From: an uncultured bacterium
GTDB lineage: Bacteria; BMS3Abin14
DNA length: 64,000 nucleotides
Assembly (NCBI GenBank): GCA_965603295.1
Contig: CBFDCL010000001.1
Location: 506-64,505 of the forward strand
Direction: 5' to 3'
Position numbers and translations under genes: made by a program. The notes under the pieces were generated by a model. The model ran no database searches. It was not told the origin of the DNA and was given only the letters and a program-made list of their open reading frames with translations. Shown here piece by piece: positions 9,991 through 19,219 of the stretch; the stretch's first letter is position 1, and each line of letters starts with the position of its first letter.

Positions 9991-11012
9991 TCATTGGGTC
10001 CCGAAGGGGAAAAAAGCGATGGCCCTGGCTGCTCCTGATTTTTTTCCTTCTTCTTGGGGGGTATTTTTCCACCAGAGCCGTTCTCTTTTGCAGCACTCCG
10101 GCGGAAAAGGAGGGCAGGGAGATTGTTATACAGGTGCCGGGCGGCACCTCCCTAGTGACAGCCGCCGGTCTCCTGGAGGAATCCGGAATCATAAGGTCCG
10201 TCAGGACGTTTGTTTTTCTGGTCAAACTGCGTGGGCGGGCCAACAGGATCCAGGCCGGGGAGCTTCTTTTTCGCACCGATATGACCCCTGTCCAGGTGAT
10301 GGACGTCCTTACTCGTGGGAAGGCGGTCACCTACCAGGTGACTATCCCGGAAGGGTTCAACATGGAGCAGATCATCACGGTCCTTGTATCCAAGGACCTC
10401 GGGGATAGGGAGATCTTCCGGGACTTGTCACGGGATGCACAGTGGTGTCAATCCCTCGGGTTGCCCGGGGAGACCCTGGAGGGTTTCCTTTTCCCGGATA
10501 CGTATTCCTGGCCCAGGGGTTTTTCGGAGAAGGAAATCCTGGGACAGATGGTGGCTCACTTCAAAAGGGTCTTTTCCGAAAAAATGAGGGAAAGGGCCAG
10601 AGAGTTGGGCATGACCGAACTGGAAGTGGTTACCCTGGCATCCATCATAGAGAAGGAAACAGGGGCGCCAGAGGAGAGGACTCTCGTTTCATCGGTTTTT
10701 CACAACCGCCTCAAGAAAGGATACCGGCTCCAGACGGACCCTTCCGTAATTTACGGTCTTAAGGATTTCGACGGGAACCTCACCCGGGAGCACCTTCGCA
10801 AGGATCATCCCTACAACACCTATACCCGCTCCGGTCTGCCCCCCGGTCCTATTGCCAACCCCGGTGAGGCTTCTCTGAACGCCGCCCTTTACCCGGCCGA
10901 GACCTTCTTCCTCTATTTTGTGGCCAGGGGGGATGGAACCCACGTGTTTTCAAAGACCCTGATCGAGCACAACGAAGCCGTCCGACTTTTCCAGTTGGGT
11001 GGTGAGAGATGA
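9987..11012 (+). CDS. mltG: endolytic murein transglycosylase MltG (YceG family)
   Basis: N-terminal TM helix; YceG motifs LEGFLFPDTY, ASIIEKE, LQTDPSVIY, NTYTRSGLPPGPI. Confidence 0.8.
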   Translation: MIIGSRRGKKRWPWLLLIFFLLLGGYFSTRAVLFCSTPAEKEGREIVIQVPGGTSLVTAAGLLEESGIIRSVRTFVFLVKLRGRANRIQAGELLFRTDMTPVQVMDVLTRGKAVTYQVTIPEGFNMEQIITVLVSKDLGDREIFRDLSRDAQWCQSLGLPGETLEGFLFPDTYSWPRGFSEKEILGQMVAHFKRVFSEKMRERARELGMTELEVVTLASIIEKETGAPEERTLVSSVFHNRLKKGYRLQTDPSVIYGLKDFDGNLTREHLRKDHPYNTYTRSGLPPGPIANPGEASLNAALYPAETFFLYFVARGDGTHVFSKTLIEHNEAVRLFQLGGER

Positions 11013-12409
11013 TCCCCCTCGATCCGAACCTTATGCAAGAGGTCATCGCCGCTCTTCTTTCCTCGGGAGGGGAGTTCGCGGACCTCTTTTTCCAGGATGT
11101 TACAGCCAGCCATCTGGAGGCCGAATCGGGAAGGGTGGAACGTGTTTCCACGGTGCGTGAGGCGGGAGCCGGACTCCGCCTTATCCGGGAGGGGGTCACG
11201 CATTTCGCCACGGCTGTGGACCTGACCCCGCGTCATTTACTTGACCTGGCTATGGACCTTGCTTCCGGGGCCGGAGCCACGGGAGACCGGCCCGGGATCA
11301 CCTTTCAACAGCAGGCCGGAGGATCCCTTCCTCCCGGGGAGGATCCCTCAGGGATATCCCTGGATGAGAAGAGCCGACTGGTGATGCGGGCCATCGAATC
11401 CCTCGAGAATTTTGACAGGAGACTCGTTCAGGTCAAGTCGGTTTACAGGGACTCCTCGGCCCTGGTCAGGATAGCCAATTCGGACGGTCTCCTGGGAGAG
11501 GATGTCAGAAGATATGGGGTCTTCCTGGTCCAGGGGGTGGCTTCGGACGGTGAACGCCTCCAGGTCGGTTATGAACCCGTGGGGGGTATCGGAGGTTATG
11601 GGGTATTCAGGCAGGTGAACCCAGAGGAGGTCGGGCTTACTGCCGCAAAACGTGCCCTGACGATGCTCGAGGCACCGGAGGCGCCTTCCGGAAAAATGAC
11701 CGTAATCCTTTCGTCCGAGGCCGGCGGAACGATGGTCCACGAAGCGGTGGGGCACGGTCTGGAGGCTGATCTTTCAGGTCAGGGGCTTTCGGTCTATACA
11801 GGAAAACTGGGGGAAAAAGTTGCCTCCTCCCTTATTACGGTTGTGGATGATCCAACCCTGGCCGGGAAACGGGGCTCATACAATATGGATGATGAGGGAA
11901 CCCCGGGATCGAAAACCGTCCTGGTGGAAAAAGGGGTCCTCGTGCGCTACATGAACGATCGGCTGAGTGCACTGCGTGACGGCAGTCCCCTGACGGGAAA
12001 CGGCCGCCGCCAGTCTTTCCGTTACTGGCCGATACCGAGGATGTCTAACACGATCATCGAACCGGGTGATCAGGATCCTGGAGAGATCCTGCGCAGTGTT
12101 GACCACGGGCTTTTCGTTCGGAAAATGGGGGGAGGTCAGGTGAACCCCGTGACAGGTGATTTTGTTTTCGAGGTCAGTGAGGGCAATTTGATCCGCGGGG
12201 GTGAGGTCGCAGAGGCGGTTCGCGGTGCTACCCTTGCCGGTAACGGCCCGGAAGTGCTAAAAAGTGTAGATATGCTTGGAAACGATCTTGGTTTCGGTAT
12301 CGGCACCTGTGGTAAGGAAGGACAGGGGGTGCCCGTAGGGGACGCGCAACCCACCCTGAGGATCCCGGACATGGTGGTGGGAGGCCGGGACGCTGGAGAG
12401 AACACCTGA
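11009..12409 (+). CDS. tldD: TldD/PmbA-family metalloprotease (TldD-like, HExxxH present)
   Basis: 466 aa with the TldD/PmbA fold and the HEAVGH motif. Confidence 0.7.
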   Translation: MIPLDPNLMQEVIAALLSSGGEFADLFFQDVTASHLEAESGRVERVSTVREAGAGLRLIREGVTHFATAVDLTPRHLLDLAMDLASGAGATGDRPGITFQQQAGGSLPPGEDPSGISLDEKSRLVMRAIESLENFDRRLVQVKSVYRDSSALVRIANSDGLLGEDVRRYGVFLVQGVASDGERLQVGYEPVGGIGGYGVFRQVNPEEVGLTAAKRALTMLEAPEAPSGKMTVILSSEAGGTMVHEAVGHGLEADLSGQGLSVYTGKLGEKVASSLITVVDDPTLAGKRGSYNMDDEGTPGSKTVLVEKGVLVRYMNDRLSALRDGSPLTGNGRRQSFRYWPIPRMSNTIIEPGDQDPGEILRSVDHGLFVRKMGGGQVNPVTGDFVFEVSEGNLIRGGEVAEAVRGATLAGNGPEVLKSVDMLGNDLGFGIGTCGKEGQGVPVGDAQPTLRIPDMVVGGRDAGENT

Positions 12410-14136
12410 TGAGGATCCCCGGATTCGGGAAAAAACACCATGATACCAAGGCATCGGGGCATCCCGGTGAGGGTTCGATTGGGGGGGTGCGGATCCTTTA
12501 CCAGTTCCTCCTGGTGACCCTGGCGGTTTCGGTTATCCCTCTCCTAATGGCCGCGTATAAGCTTGTCGGGATCAACCAGGTTTTCCTTGAGGACGAACTT
12601 CTCGCCCTTCACACCCAGGTTGCAAATTCCACTGCCGAGGAGATATCCACCGCCATGTCCACGATCCTCGGCAACCTGGAAATGGTTGCCAAGGCCCAGG
12701 GCGGGAACAGCCCCCTTCGAAACGAGGAAAGGGAACGGACTCTCGTCTTTTACCTTGACCAGTATCCCGAGATCATCCGCCTGACCCAGTATTCCACTGC
12801 GGGAAGGGAGATCGCACGGGTGCTGCGCATTGGGCTGTCCAAAGTCCCCCTTCTCGATGAATCGATCCTAACGGCCGCTGTTTCCGAGGCCTCGGGTGGA
12901 AGAACCTATGTGAGCCTTCCTACCGTCCTGGGAGAGCAAAGGGCGCCGGTGGTGGCGATAGCCATGCCCGTCTACGGGGTCTCGGGAGGCATCCAGAGCG
13001 TTCTGGTGGGAGAAGTCAGCCTCGAGAAGGTGCAGCAGACCGTTGAGCGCATCAACATCCGGAGGCAGGGCAACGCCTACGTGGTGGATCGGAACGGCAC
13101 CCTGATCGCCCATCAGGATCTCGAGAGGGTGATGAGATCCGAAGATATGAGTTCGGTGGAGATTGTGGGAAAGTATCTCCTGGCGGGCCTCAGCGCCGGG
13201 ACGATCCCTTTCAAGGATAAAATGGGCAAGGATATGGTGGGTTCCTACTCCAACGTTAAGGCCCTTGGGTGGGGGGTGGTGGTCCAGGAGCCCCGTGATG
13301 ACGCGTACAGGATCATCCGGGATATGACCTTTCAGACGCTGATCTGGGCCATTGTGGCGATATTGGCTGCCGGCGTCGCCAGCATCCTGCTGGCGATTCG
13401 GCTGGCCCGCCCCATCGGCATCCTTGCCGGCAAGGCGATGTCCCTGGCCAGGGGGAACTTTCAGGAAAGGGTGGACATCCGGTCACGGAACGAACTCGGG
13501 CAACTTGCCCGGACCTTCAATCACATGGCAGCGCAGCTCGAGAGGCATGACCAGAACCTTCGGGAGATGTTCATCGATACGACCAAAGCCCTGGCCGCCG
13601 CCATCGATGCCAAGGATCCGTATACCCGGGGGCACTCCCAGCGTGTGGCCCAGATCAGCCTGGAGATCGCCAAGGAGATGGGCCTTTCCCCGTCCGAGCA
13701 GCAGAAGGTTAACATCGCCGCGCTCCTCCACGATGTGGGCAAGATCGGTATCGAGGACCGTATCCTGAACAAACCCTCCCAGTTGACCGACGAAGAGTAC
13801 AATGTCATCAAGCAGCATCCCCGTTGGGGATCCATGATCATGGGGCATATCAGCCAGCTCAAGGAGATCGTGCCAGGGATTCAGTACCATCACGAGCGCC
13901 TTGACGGAACGGGTTACCCTGAGGGAAGGGCGGGCAACCAGATCCCCATGCTGGCGCGGATCATCGCCGTGGCTGACACGTTCGACGCCATGACAACGGA
14001 CCGCCTTTACCAGAAAGCCATGGACCCCCGGTTCGTAGTGAGCAAGCTCGTCGAATGGAAGGAAAACCGTTATGATCCATTGGTTGTGGATGCCATGACA
14101 CGGATTTACACCAGGATCGTAAACAAGGTCGCCTGA
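12409..14136 (+). CDS. membrane sensor with periplasmic Cache-like domain, HAMP and HD-GYP phosphodiesterase domain
   Basis: TM helix, HAMP, then HD-GYP (HDVGKIGI, HHERLDGTGYPEG); the true start may be an internal GTG near 12487. Confidence 0.7.
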   Translation: MRIPGFGKKHHDTKASGHPGEGSIGGVRILYQFLLVTLAVSVIPLLMAAYKLVGINQVFLEDELLALHTQVANSTAEEISTAMSTILGNLEMVAKAQGGNSPLRNEERERTLVFYLDQYPEIIRLTQYSTAGREIARVLRIGLSKVPLLDESILTAAVSEASGGRTYVSLPTVLGEQRAPVVAIAMPVYGVSGGIQSVLVGEVSLEKVQQTVERINIRRQGNAYVVDRNGTLIAHQDLERVMRSEDMSSVEIVGKYLLAGLSAGTIPFKDKMGKDMVGSYSNVKALGWGVVVQEPRDDAYRIIRDMTFQTLIWAIVAILAAGVASILLAIRLARPIGILAGKAMSLARGNFQERVDIRSRNELGQLARTFNHMAAQLERHDQNLREMFIDTTKALAAAIDAKDPYTRGHSQRVAQISLEIAKEMGLSPSEQQKVNIAALLHDVGKIGIEDRILNKPSQLTDEEYNVIKQHPRWGSMIMGHISQLKEIVPGIQYHHERLDGTGYPEGRAGNQIPMLARIIAVADTFDAMTTDRLYQKAMDPRFVVSKLVEWKENRYDPLVVDAMTRIYTRIVNKVA

Positions 14137-14140
14137 AACC

Positions 14141-15586
14141 ATGGAACGCGGATCTCGAAAAGGTGGCCGGTCCTCCGGGCGCCTGAAATGGCGCACCATT
14201 ATCATCCCCTTTTCAACCCTCCAGTTCTGGGTCAATTTTTTCATCGTTCTGGCTGTCCTGGGTACGGTCATGGTGGGCGTCTACTACCAGTTCCTGAGCC
14301 CCAAGGCCCAGGCCAGGCGGCTGATCGCGACTGCGGAGGAGCAATTTGACCAGGCTATCGTCCTGGGAGTCAAAGAACTTGCTTTTGAGGACTATCGGAC
14401 AGTCCAGGAGACCCTATTCCAGGCCAGGAAAAACTTCGATGGGCGGAAATACGCCGAGTCCCTCATCCTGGGTGAGCAGACGATGGCCAGCCTGAAAAAA
14501 GCCCTCGAGCGCCTCAGGTCGGATGAATATTTCCGGCGGGAGAGGTCCGCCTCCTTTTCCCACCTGAAGGGGGACATCCAGGTTCAGAAAGCTGGATCCC
14601 TGAACTGGGAGAGTGCCAGGAAGGGGATGAAACTCAGCAAGGGGGACCGTGTCCGGACGAGATCCAGCTCCACTTGTGTTGTTCAGTTCGATGATGGAAG
14701 CCGGCTGACGGTCAAGTCGGATTCACTGGTCCATATTGACGAACTCAGTGAGGATGTCAGAACAAGGACTAAAAATTCGGCCATCAAACTTCTCGTTTCC
14801 GACGTGGAGGCCAGTATCCTCCGGCCCACCGCCAAGGGGTCCCGATTCCTTATCGAGACACCCGGTTCGGTTGCCCAGGTTCGGAAAGCGCGGATGAATA
14901 TCCGCGTTGACGAAAAAAATGGGACGGAATACAGCCTGATCTCCGGAGATGTGTCTGTCAACGCGGGAGGCAGAAACGTCAGCCTGACGGGCGGGGAGGT
15001 AGTGCGCCTTGCCGGAGAGGGAAAAGTGGTGTCCCGGAGGAAGCTTCTTGGAGTACCGGTCCTTCGGAGTCCGCCTAACCTGCACTGGCGCGTCAGCGGT
15101 CGTGAGAAAATGCCGGTGGATTTCCGATGGATAAAGGTTCCCGGCGCCGATGTCTATCATCTCGTGGTAGCCACTGACCGTTATTTTACGAACGTGGTCC
15201 ATGACAACGGCCGCATCGGGAAAACCGCTGCGGCCTTGAATCTGCCCGCGGGGATGTACTACTGGAAAGTTTCTTCCGTCGACCGCCGGGGACGGGAAAG
15301 CCTCTTTTCCCATTTTTCCGTCTTCCGCCTCGTTCAGGACCGGACCGCCCCGTTTTTTGCCATGAACGACCCGATTATCCTCGATGCGGGCGGGGGAACC
15401 CGGGTCTTCCTCACGGGTGCGGTTGAACCGGGCAGCCGTCTCAGCATAAACGGGACGCCTGCCCCCCTTGGCCCGGACGGTTCTTTCCGGATCTTTACTC
15501 GCATGGCCCCCAGGACATCCAGGTTGAATATCGTTGCGGTGGATGCGGCCGGGAACGTTCTTTCCCAGGGAAGGAACCTGAGGTGA
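14141..15586 (+). CDS. membrane-anchored FecR-domain protein with C-terminal beta-sandwich domains
   Basis: N-terminal TM helix; FecR-like block (GDRVRTRSSSTCVVQFDDGSRLTVKSDSLVHIDEL); tightly linked to neighbours (5-bp gap, 4-bp overlap). Confidence 0.55.
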   Translation: MERGSRKGGRSSGRLKWRTIIIPFSTLQFWVNFFIVLAVLGTVMVGVYYQFLSPKAQARRLIATAEEQFDQAIVLGVKELAFEDYRTVQETLFQARKNFDGRKYAESLILGEQTMASLKKALERLRSDEYFRRERSASFSHLKGDIQVQKAGSLNWESARKGMKLSKGDRVRTRSSSTCVVQFDDGSRLTVKSDSLVHIDELSEDVRTRTKNSAIKLLVSDVEASILRPTAKGSRFLIETPGSVAQVRKARMNIRVDEKNGTEYSLISGDVSVNAGGRNVSLTGGEVVRLAGEGKVVSRRKLLGVPVLRSPPNLHWRVSGREKMPVDFRWIKVPGADVYHLVVATDRYFTNVVHDNGRIGKTAAALNLPAGMYYWKVSSVDRRGRESLFSHFSVFRLVQDRTAPFFAMNDPIILDAGGGTRVFLTGAVEPGSRLSINGTPAPLGPDGSFRIFTRMAPRTSRLNIVAVDAAGNVLSQGRNLR

Positions 15587-16539
15587 GAGGCCGCTGGATC
15601 CCCATAGCCCTTCTTTCCGTGCTCATCCTGGTGTCAGGGTGCAAGAGCAAGGCGACGAAGTTTGTCCTGGCACAGAGGATCAACGGGGTTGGTATCGCGC
15701 TCTACACCCAGGGAAACGTGGATAACGCCCTGGAGAGGTTTCAGAAGGCTATCGAATACGCACCCGATTTCGGGTTTGTTAGAAACAATGCCGGGGTGGC
15801 CTACTACCATCTCGGCCAGCTGGACCTCGCTGTCGCCCAGTTTCGCCGCGCGGTGGAGATCGAACCGGAAATGGCGGAGATCCATGGCAACCTCGGGGCT
15901 ACCCTTCTGGTCATGGAGCGTTTCGAGGAAGCCGAGGAGGAGTTGGTGGAAGCACTTCGCCTCGATCCGGACTACCTCCTTGCCTACAGTAACCTCGGTG
16001 TCCTACGTTACCGGACCGGACGGGTTGATCAGGCTATCAGTGTCTATCGTCGGGGTCTTAAGATCGACCCGAGTTTCAACCGGCTCCACCATAACCTCGG
16101 AGAGGCCCTCATGTCCCAGGGCAAGTACGCCGAGGCCGTGAAACATTACAACCATGCCCTGGAACTGAACCCGGACAACTCACGCACCTATAACAATCTG
16201 GCCTGGGCCTATGCCCAGCAGGGAGAGAACATCGAGGACGCGCTGGCCCTTGCCAACGCTGCCCTTGAACAGGATCAGGGAAACGGTTTTTTCTACGACA
16301 CCCTCGGATGGATCCACTTCAAGCAGGGGCAGTTTGATGAGGCCTACCAGGTCATGGCTAAAGCGATTCAGTACCAGCCGGCCATCCCCGAGATCCGTTA
16401 TCACATGGGGGAGATCCTGCGCTGGCAGGGAAAGTATCCGCAGGCTATGGAGGAGTATGGGAGGGTGATTGGGCTTGAGCCTTACGGGAAATGGGCAGAT
16501 AAAGCACAGAAGGCCATCTGGTCAATTAAAGGATTGTAA
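15583..16539 (+). CDS. TPR-repeat lipoprotein
   Basis: Lipobox (LILVSGC) followed by at least eight TPR repeats. Confidence 0.7.
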   Translation: MRGRWIPIALLSVLILVSGCKSKATKFVLAQRINGVGIALYTQGNVDNALERFQKAIEYAPDFGFVRNNAGVAYYHLGQLDLAVAQFRRAVEIEPEMAEIHGNLGATLLVMERFEEAEEELVEALRLDPDYLLAYSNLGVLRYRTGRVDQAISVYRRGLKIDPSFNRLHHNLGEALMSQGKYAEAVKHYNHALELNPDNSRTYNNLAWAYAQQGENIEDALALANAALEQDQGNGFFYDTLGWIHFKQGQFDEAYQVMAKAIQYQPAIPEIRYHMGEILRWQGKYPQAMEEYGRVIGLEPYGKWADKAQKAIWSIKGL

Positions 16540-16560
16540 GAGGGGCGGCGCGCGATAACG

Positions 16561-16815
16561 GGCAATCTGCTGTGTTCTCGGTCGCGCGTGATCCTCGAAG
16601 TACCCGGCAATGTACGTCTCCGGTCCCACGCTCCCTCGGGCCTTGCATCTTACCCATTCTCCCGCGCCGATAAGGGTGTTCCTTTGAAATGTGGCCTTAT
16701 TAGCGCAGCCCTTTACAAATCCTCGACGTATGTCGCCAAAATCCTGAGAGAAAAGTCCTCGGAGATAAGGGTAGTTCGATCAAACTTATCACTTATACAT
16801 AGGACTTGGGACCCA
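16561..16815. repeat. mosaic intergenic element, copy A (modules W 16561-16608, X 16653-16710, Y 16753-16815)
   Basis: Y has nested inverted repeats (AAGTCCT..GATAAG..CTTATC..AGGACTT); X has GCGCCGATAAG..CTTATTAGCGC; W recurs at 33396-33443. Confidence 0.65.
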
Positions 16816-16892
16816 TTAGGAATCCCCGGTGTCAGAGCAGAAGGTCGGTGATTGGTCATTGGTGACTGGCGATTGGAAAGGGAGGGGGTAAG

Positions 16893-17570
16893 GTGGAAAA
16901 GAGGAATAACCTCCCTGTTTTCAAGGGCCTCCCACTCGTCCTGGTGTTCCTCCTGGCTGTTGTCTCCTTCGGGTGTTCGAAAGAGGACGCGAGGCTCCGT
17001 CACGGGTTCGAATCAGGGCGGTACCGTACCATTGTTGCCTTCGGGGATTCCATCGTCGAGGGGTACGGTCAGCCCGAGGGGTGGCCGGAGATCCTCGGCC
17101 GCGAACTTTCCGCCCGGTTCGAAGGTGTCCGCATATTCAACGCGGGCCGTTCGGGGAATACTGCGGCTGACGGGGTGGCAAGGATCGGGAAGGATGTCCT
17201 TGACCGGAAACCGGACCTGGTTCTAATATCCTTCGGCCTCAACGACATGAAGAACGGCGTCTCGGTGCACTCTTTTGCCGAAAACCTGGTGAGTATCATG
17301 GAAAAGGTTTCCGGTTCCGGGGGAACGCCCGTACTGATGACCACGACCCGGCTCCAGAAAGGTGCCGGCAGCCTGGCCAGGGTGAACCCGTCACCCTTTA
17401 ACGATGTTATCCTGAGACTCGCTGACGAAAAAAAGGTGCCCCTCATTGATGTCTGGGGTCAATTCAAGGGATACAACACGGGAACATATCTGATGGACGT
17501 CGCCCATCCCAACGCCGAAGGCTACCGGGTGCTGGCTGAAATAATAAGGGAAGGGCTGGTTGGGGAATAG
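16893..17570 (+). CDS. SGNH/GDSL-family hydrolase lipoprotein
   Basis: Lipobox (SFGCS); GDS motif (AFGDSIVEG), GLNDM block and DxxHP C-terminal motif. Confidence 0.75.
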   Translation: MEKRNNLPVFKGLPLVLVFLLAVVSFGCSKEDARLRHGFESGRYRTIVAFGDSIVEGYGQPEGWPEILGRELSARFEGVRIFNAGRSGNTAADGVARIGKDVLDRKPDLVLISFGLNDMKNGVSVHSFAENLVSIMEKVSGSGGTPVLMTTTRLQKGAGSLARVNPSPFNDVILRLADEKKVPLIDVWGQFKGYNTGTYLMDVAHPNAEGYRVLAEIIREGLVGE

Positions 17571-17576
17571 AAATAG

Positions 17577-17607
17577 TGCACAGGTGCACCAGTGCACTAG
17601 TGCACTG
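17577..17607. repeat. cluster of four GTGCAC palindromes (AGTGCAC heptamer tract)
   Basis: agtgcacaggtgcaccagtgcactagtgcactg; similar clusters at 25474-25508, 29020-29050, 61770-61795 and 61880-61910. Confidence 0.6.
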
Positions 17608-17655
17608 AATTCATAATTTTAAAATTTGAAATCTGAAATTTGGAATGGAGATTCC

Positions 17656-18336
17656 ATGATCCTCAAAGGCACAATCGTCAACGTTATCGCCATTGTCGCC
17701 GGTACCCTCATTGGTCGCTATCTGGGGCACTTTATCCCCGAACGCGTGCGCCGCACGATCATGATGGGGCTTGGGCTGGCTGTCCTCCTTATCGGCATTC
17801 AGCTGGCCATCCAGTCAAGGAACCCGCTCATCGTCATCGGGGCCATGCTCATCGGGGGAGTTATCGGGGAAACCCTGTCCATCGAACAGCGCCTGGACAA
17901 CATGGGACACAGGCTTCAACAGCGGTTCCGGGAGGCCGGGAGCGTTGCTGAAGCGTTCGTCACCGCAAGCCTCCTGTACTGTATCGGGGCAATGGCCATC
18001 ATGGGATCCATCCAGGACGGGCTGGGGCAGGAACCCGCCATCCTGTACGCTAAGTCCGCCCTCGACGGCATCGCTTCTGTGGCTCTGACTTCAACCCTCG
18101 GCATTGGCGTGATCTTCTCCGTGATCCCCTTGGTTCTTTACCAGGGGAGTATTACCCTGGCGGCGGGCTGGGTTCAGGGGGTTCTCACCGACTCCGTTGT
18201 GGCTGAGATGAACGCCACGGGAGGGCTGCTTATTCTGGGCATCGGCCTTGACATCCTTCAGATCAGGAAAGTACCGGTCGGGAACCTTTTGCCCGCAATT
18301 TTCGTTGCTGCAGGGATTGCGATTCTGGTGGGGTGA
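17656..18336 (+). CDS. DUF554-family membrane protein (YqgA-like)
   Basis: Polytopic membrane protein; start placed at MILKGTIVNVIAIVAG, typical of DUF554. Confidence 0.65.
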   Translation: MILKGTIVNVIAIVAGTLIGRYLGHFIPERVRRTIMMGLGLAVLLIGIQLAIQSRNPLIVIGAMLIGGVIGETLSIEQRLDNMGHRLQQRFREAGSVAEAFVTASLLYCIGAMAIMGSIQDGLGQEPAILYAKSALDGIASVALTSTLGIGVIFSVIPLVLYQGSITLAAGWVQGVLTDSVVAEMNATGGLLILGIGLDILQIRKVPVGNLLPAIFVAAGIAILVG

Positions 18337-18462
18337 GGCAACGAAACCTGCGGGCAGAGTACCGTGTGCAAGATGCAGAAATAGGGGGAAAAATTTGCCG
18401 GAGAATTTATTTTTTCTTCCCACATTTTCGCTTGAGAACCATGCCCGGAACGGGAGGATTTT

Positions 18463-18768
18463 ATGAGTAAGATCCACATGATGGCCCTTTACCGGGTCAA
18501 GAGGGAAAAAGTGGAAGCGATCAGAGAGGCGGTTGCCGAGTTTGTAGCGGAGGTAAAGGAGAACGAACCGGGAGCTCTTTTCTATGAAGCCTATCAGGGC
18601 AGGGATGATGTGTCCTTCTTTCACGTCATGACCTTTGAGGACAGTGAATCCGAGGAGAACCACCGCCGGACACCCCACATGGAGACGTTTGTCGGGAAGC
18701 TCTATCCCAACTGCGAGGAGGAACCCGGGTTCGTGGAACTGAATCTGGTGGGGTCGAATGTGAGATGA
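18463..18768 (+). CDS. antibiotic-biosynthesis-monooxygenase (ABM) domain protein
   Basis: 101-aa ferredoxin-like ABM-fold protein. Confidence 0.55.
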   Translation: MSKIHMMALYRVKREKVEAIREAVAEFVAEVKENEPGALFYEAYQGRDDVSFFHVMTFEDSESEENHRRTPHMETFVGKLYPNCEEEPGFVELNLVGSNVR

Positions 18769-18925
18769 GGAACGACTGGGAGACCGGACGACTGGGCGAC
18801 TTAGCGATAAAGCTTAGTACAAAGCATTTAAATGGAGGCTTGCGTATATATCGACACTATAGGAATTCAACCAAACTCCTTTTCGCCAAGTTGAATATGA
18901 CGAATCTCAAATGGAGGATTTCCCC

Positions 18926-19147
18926 ATGTCCTGCTATTTCAGGCACATGAAAGATGTCATGGAGGCGGCGGGGGTCGAGATCACCCCCGGAAACAAGAAA
19001 GAGATTGACCGAATCCTTCACGGGATCGCCGGCGTCGAGTACAAGGACTGCTCCTCCGCCTGGAAGAAGATCAAGGAGATGGTCAAGGGGGACCCGGCTG
19101 AGCGGGAACTGTTTGTCAAGAAACTCAGGGCCGCTGTAAAAAGATAA
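18926..19147 (+). CDS. small hypothetical protein (73 aa)
   Basis: ATG preceded by GGAGGA; lysine-rich; no recognisable family. Confidence 0.35.
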   Translation: MSCYFRHMKDVMEAAGVEITPGNKKEIDRILHGIAGVEYKDCSSAWKKIKEMVKGDPAERELFVKKLRAAVKR

Positions 19148-19219
19148 AGCAGAATGCCGAATTCTGATCCGTGTGGCCAACCCTTTCTTTACATTCCACA
19201 TTCTTAGGAGGTTCCGCTC

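Noticed and set aside
16588-16851. 87-aa ORF inside the W/X/Y element
   Set aside because: Runs through repeat modules with stem-forming inverted repeats; no RBS; more parsimonious as non-coding.
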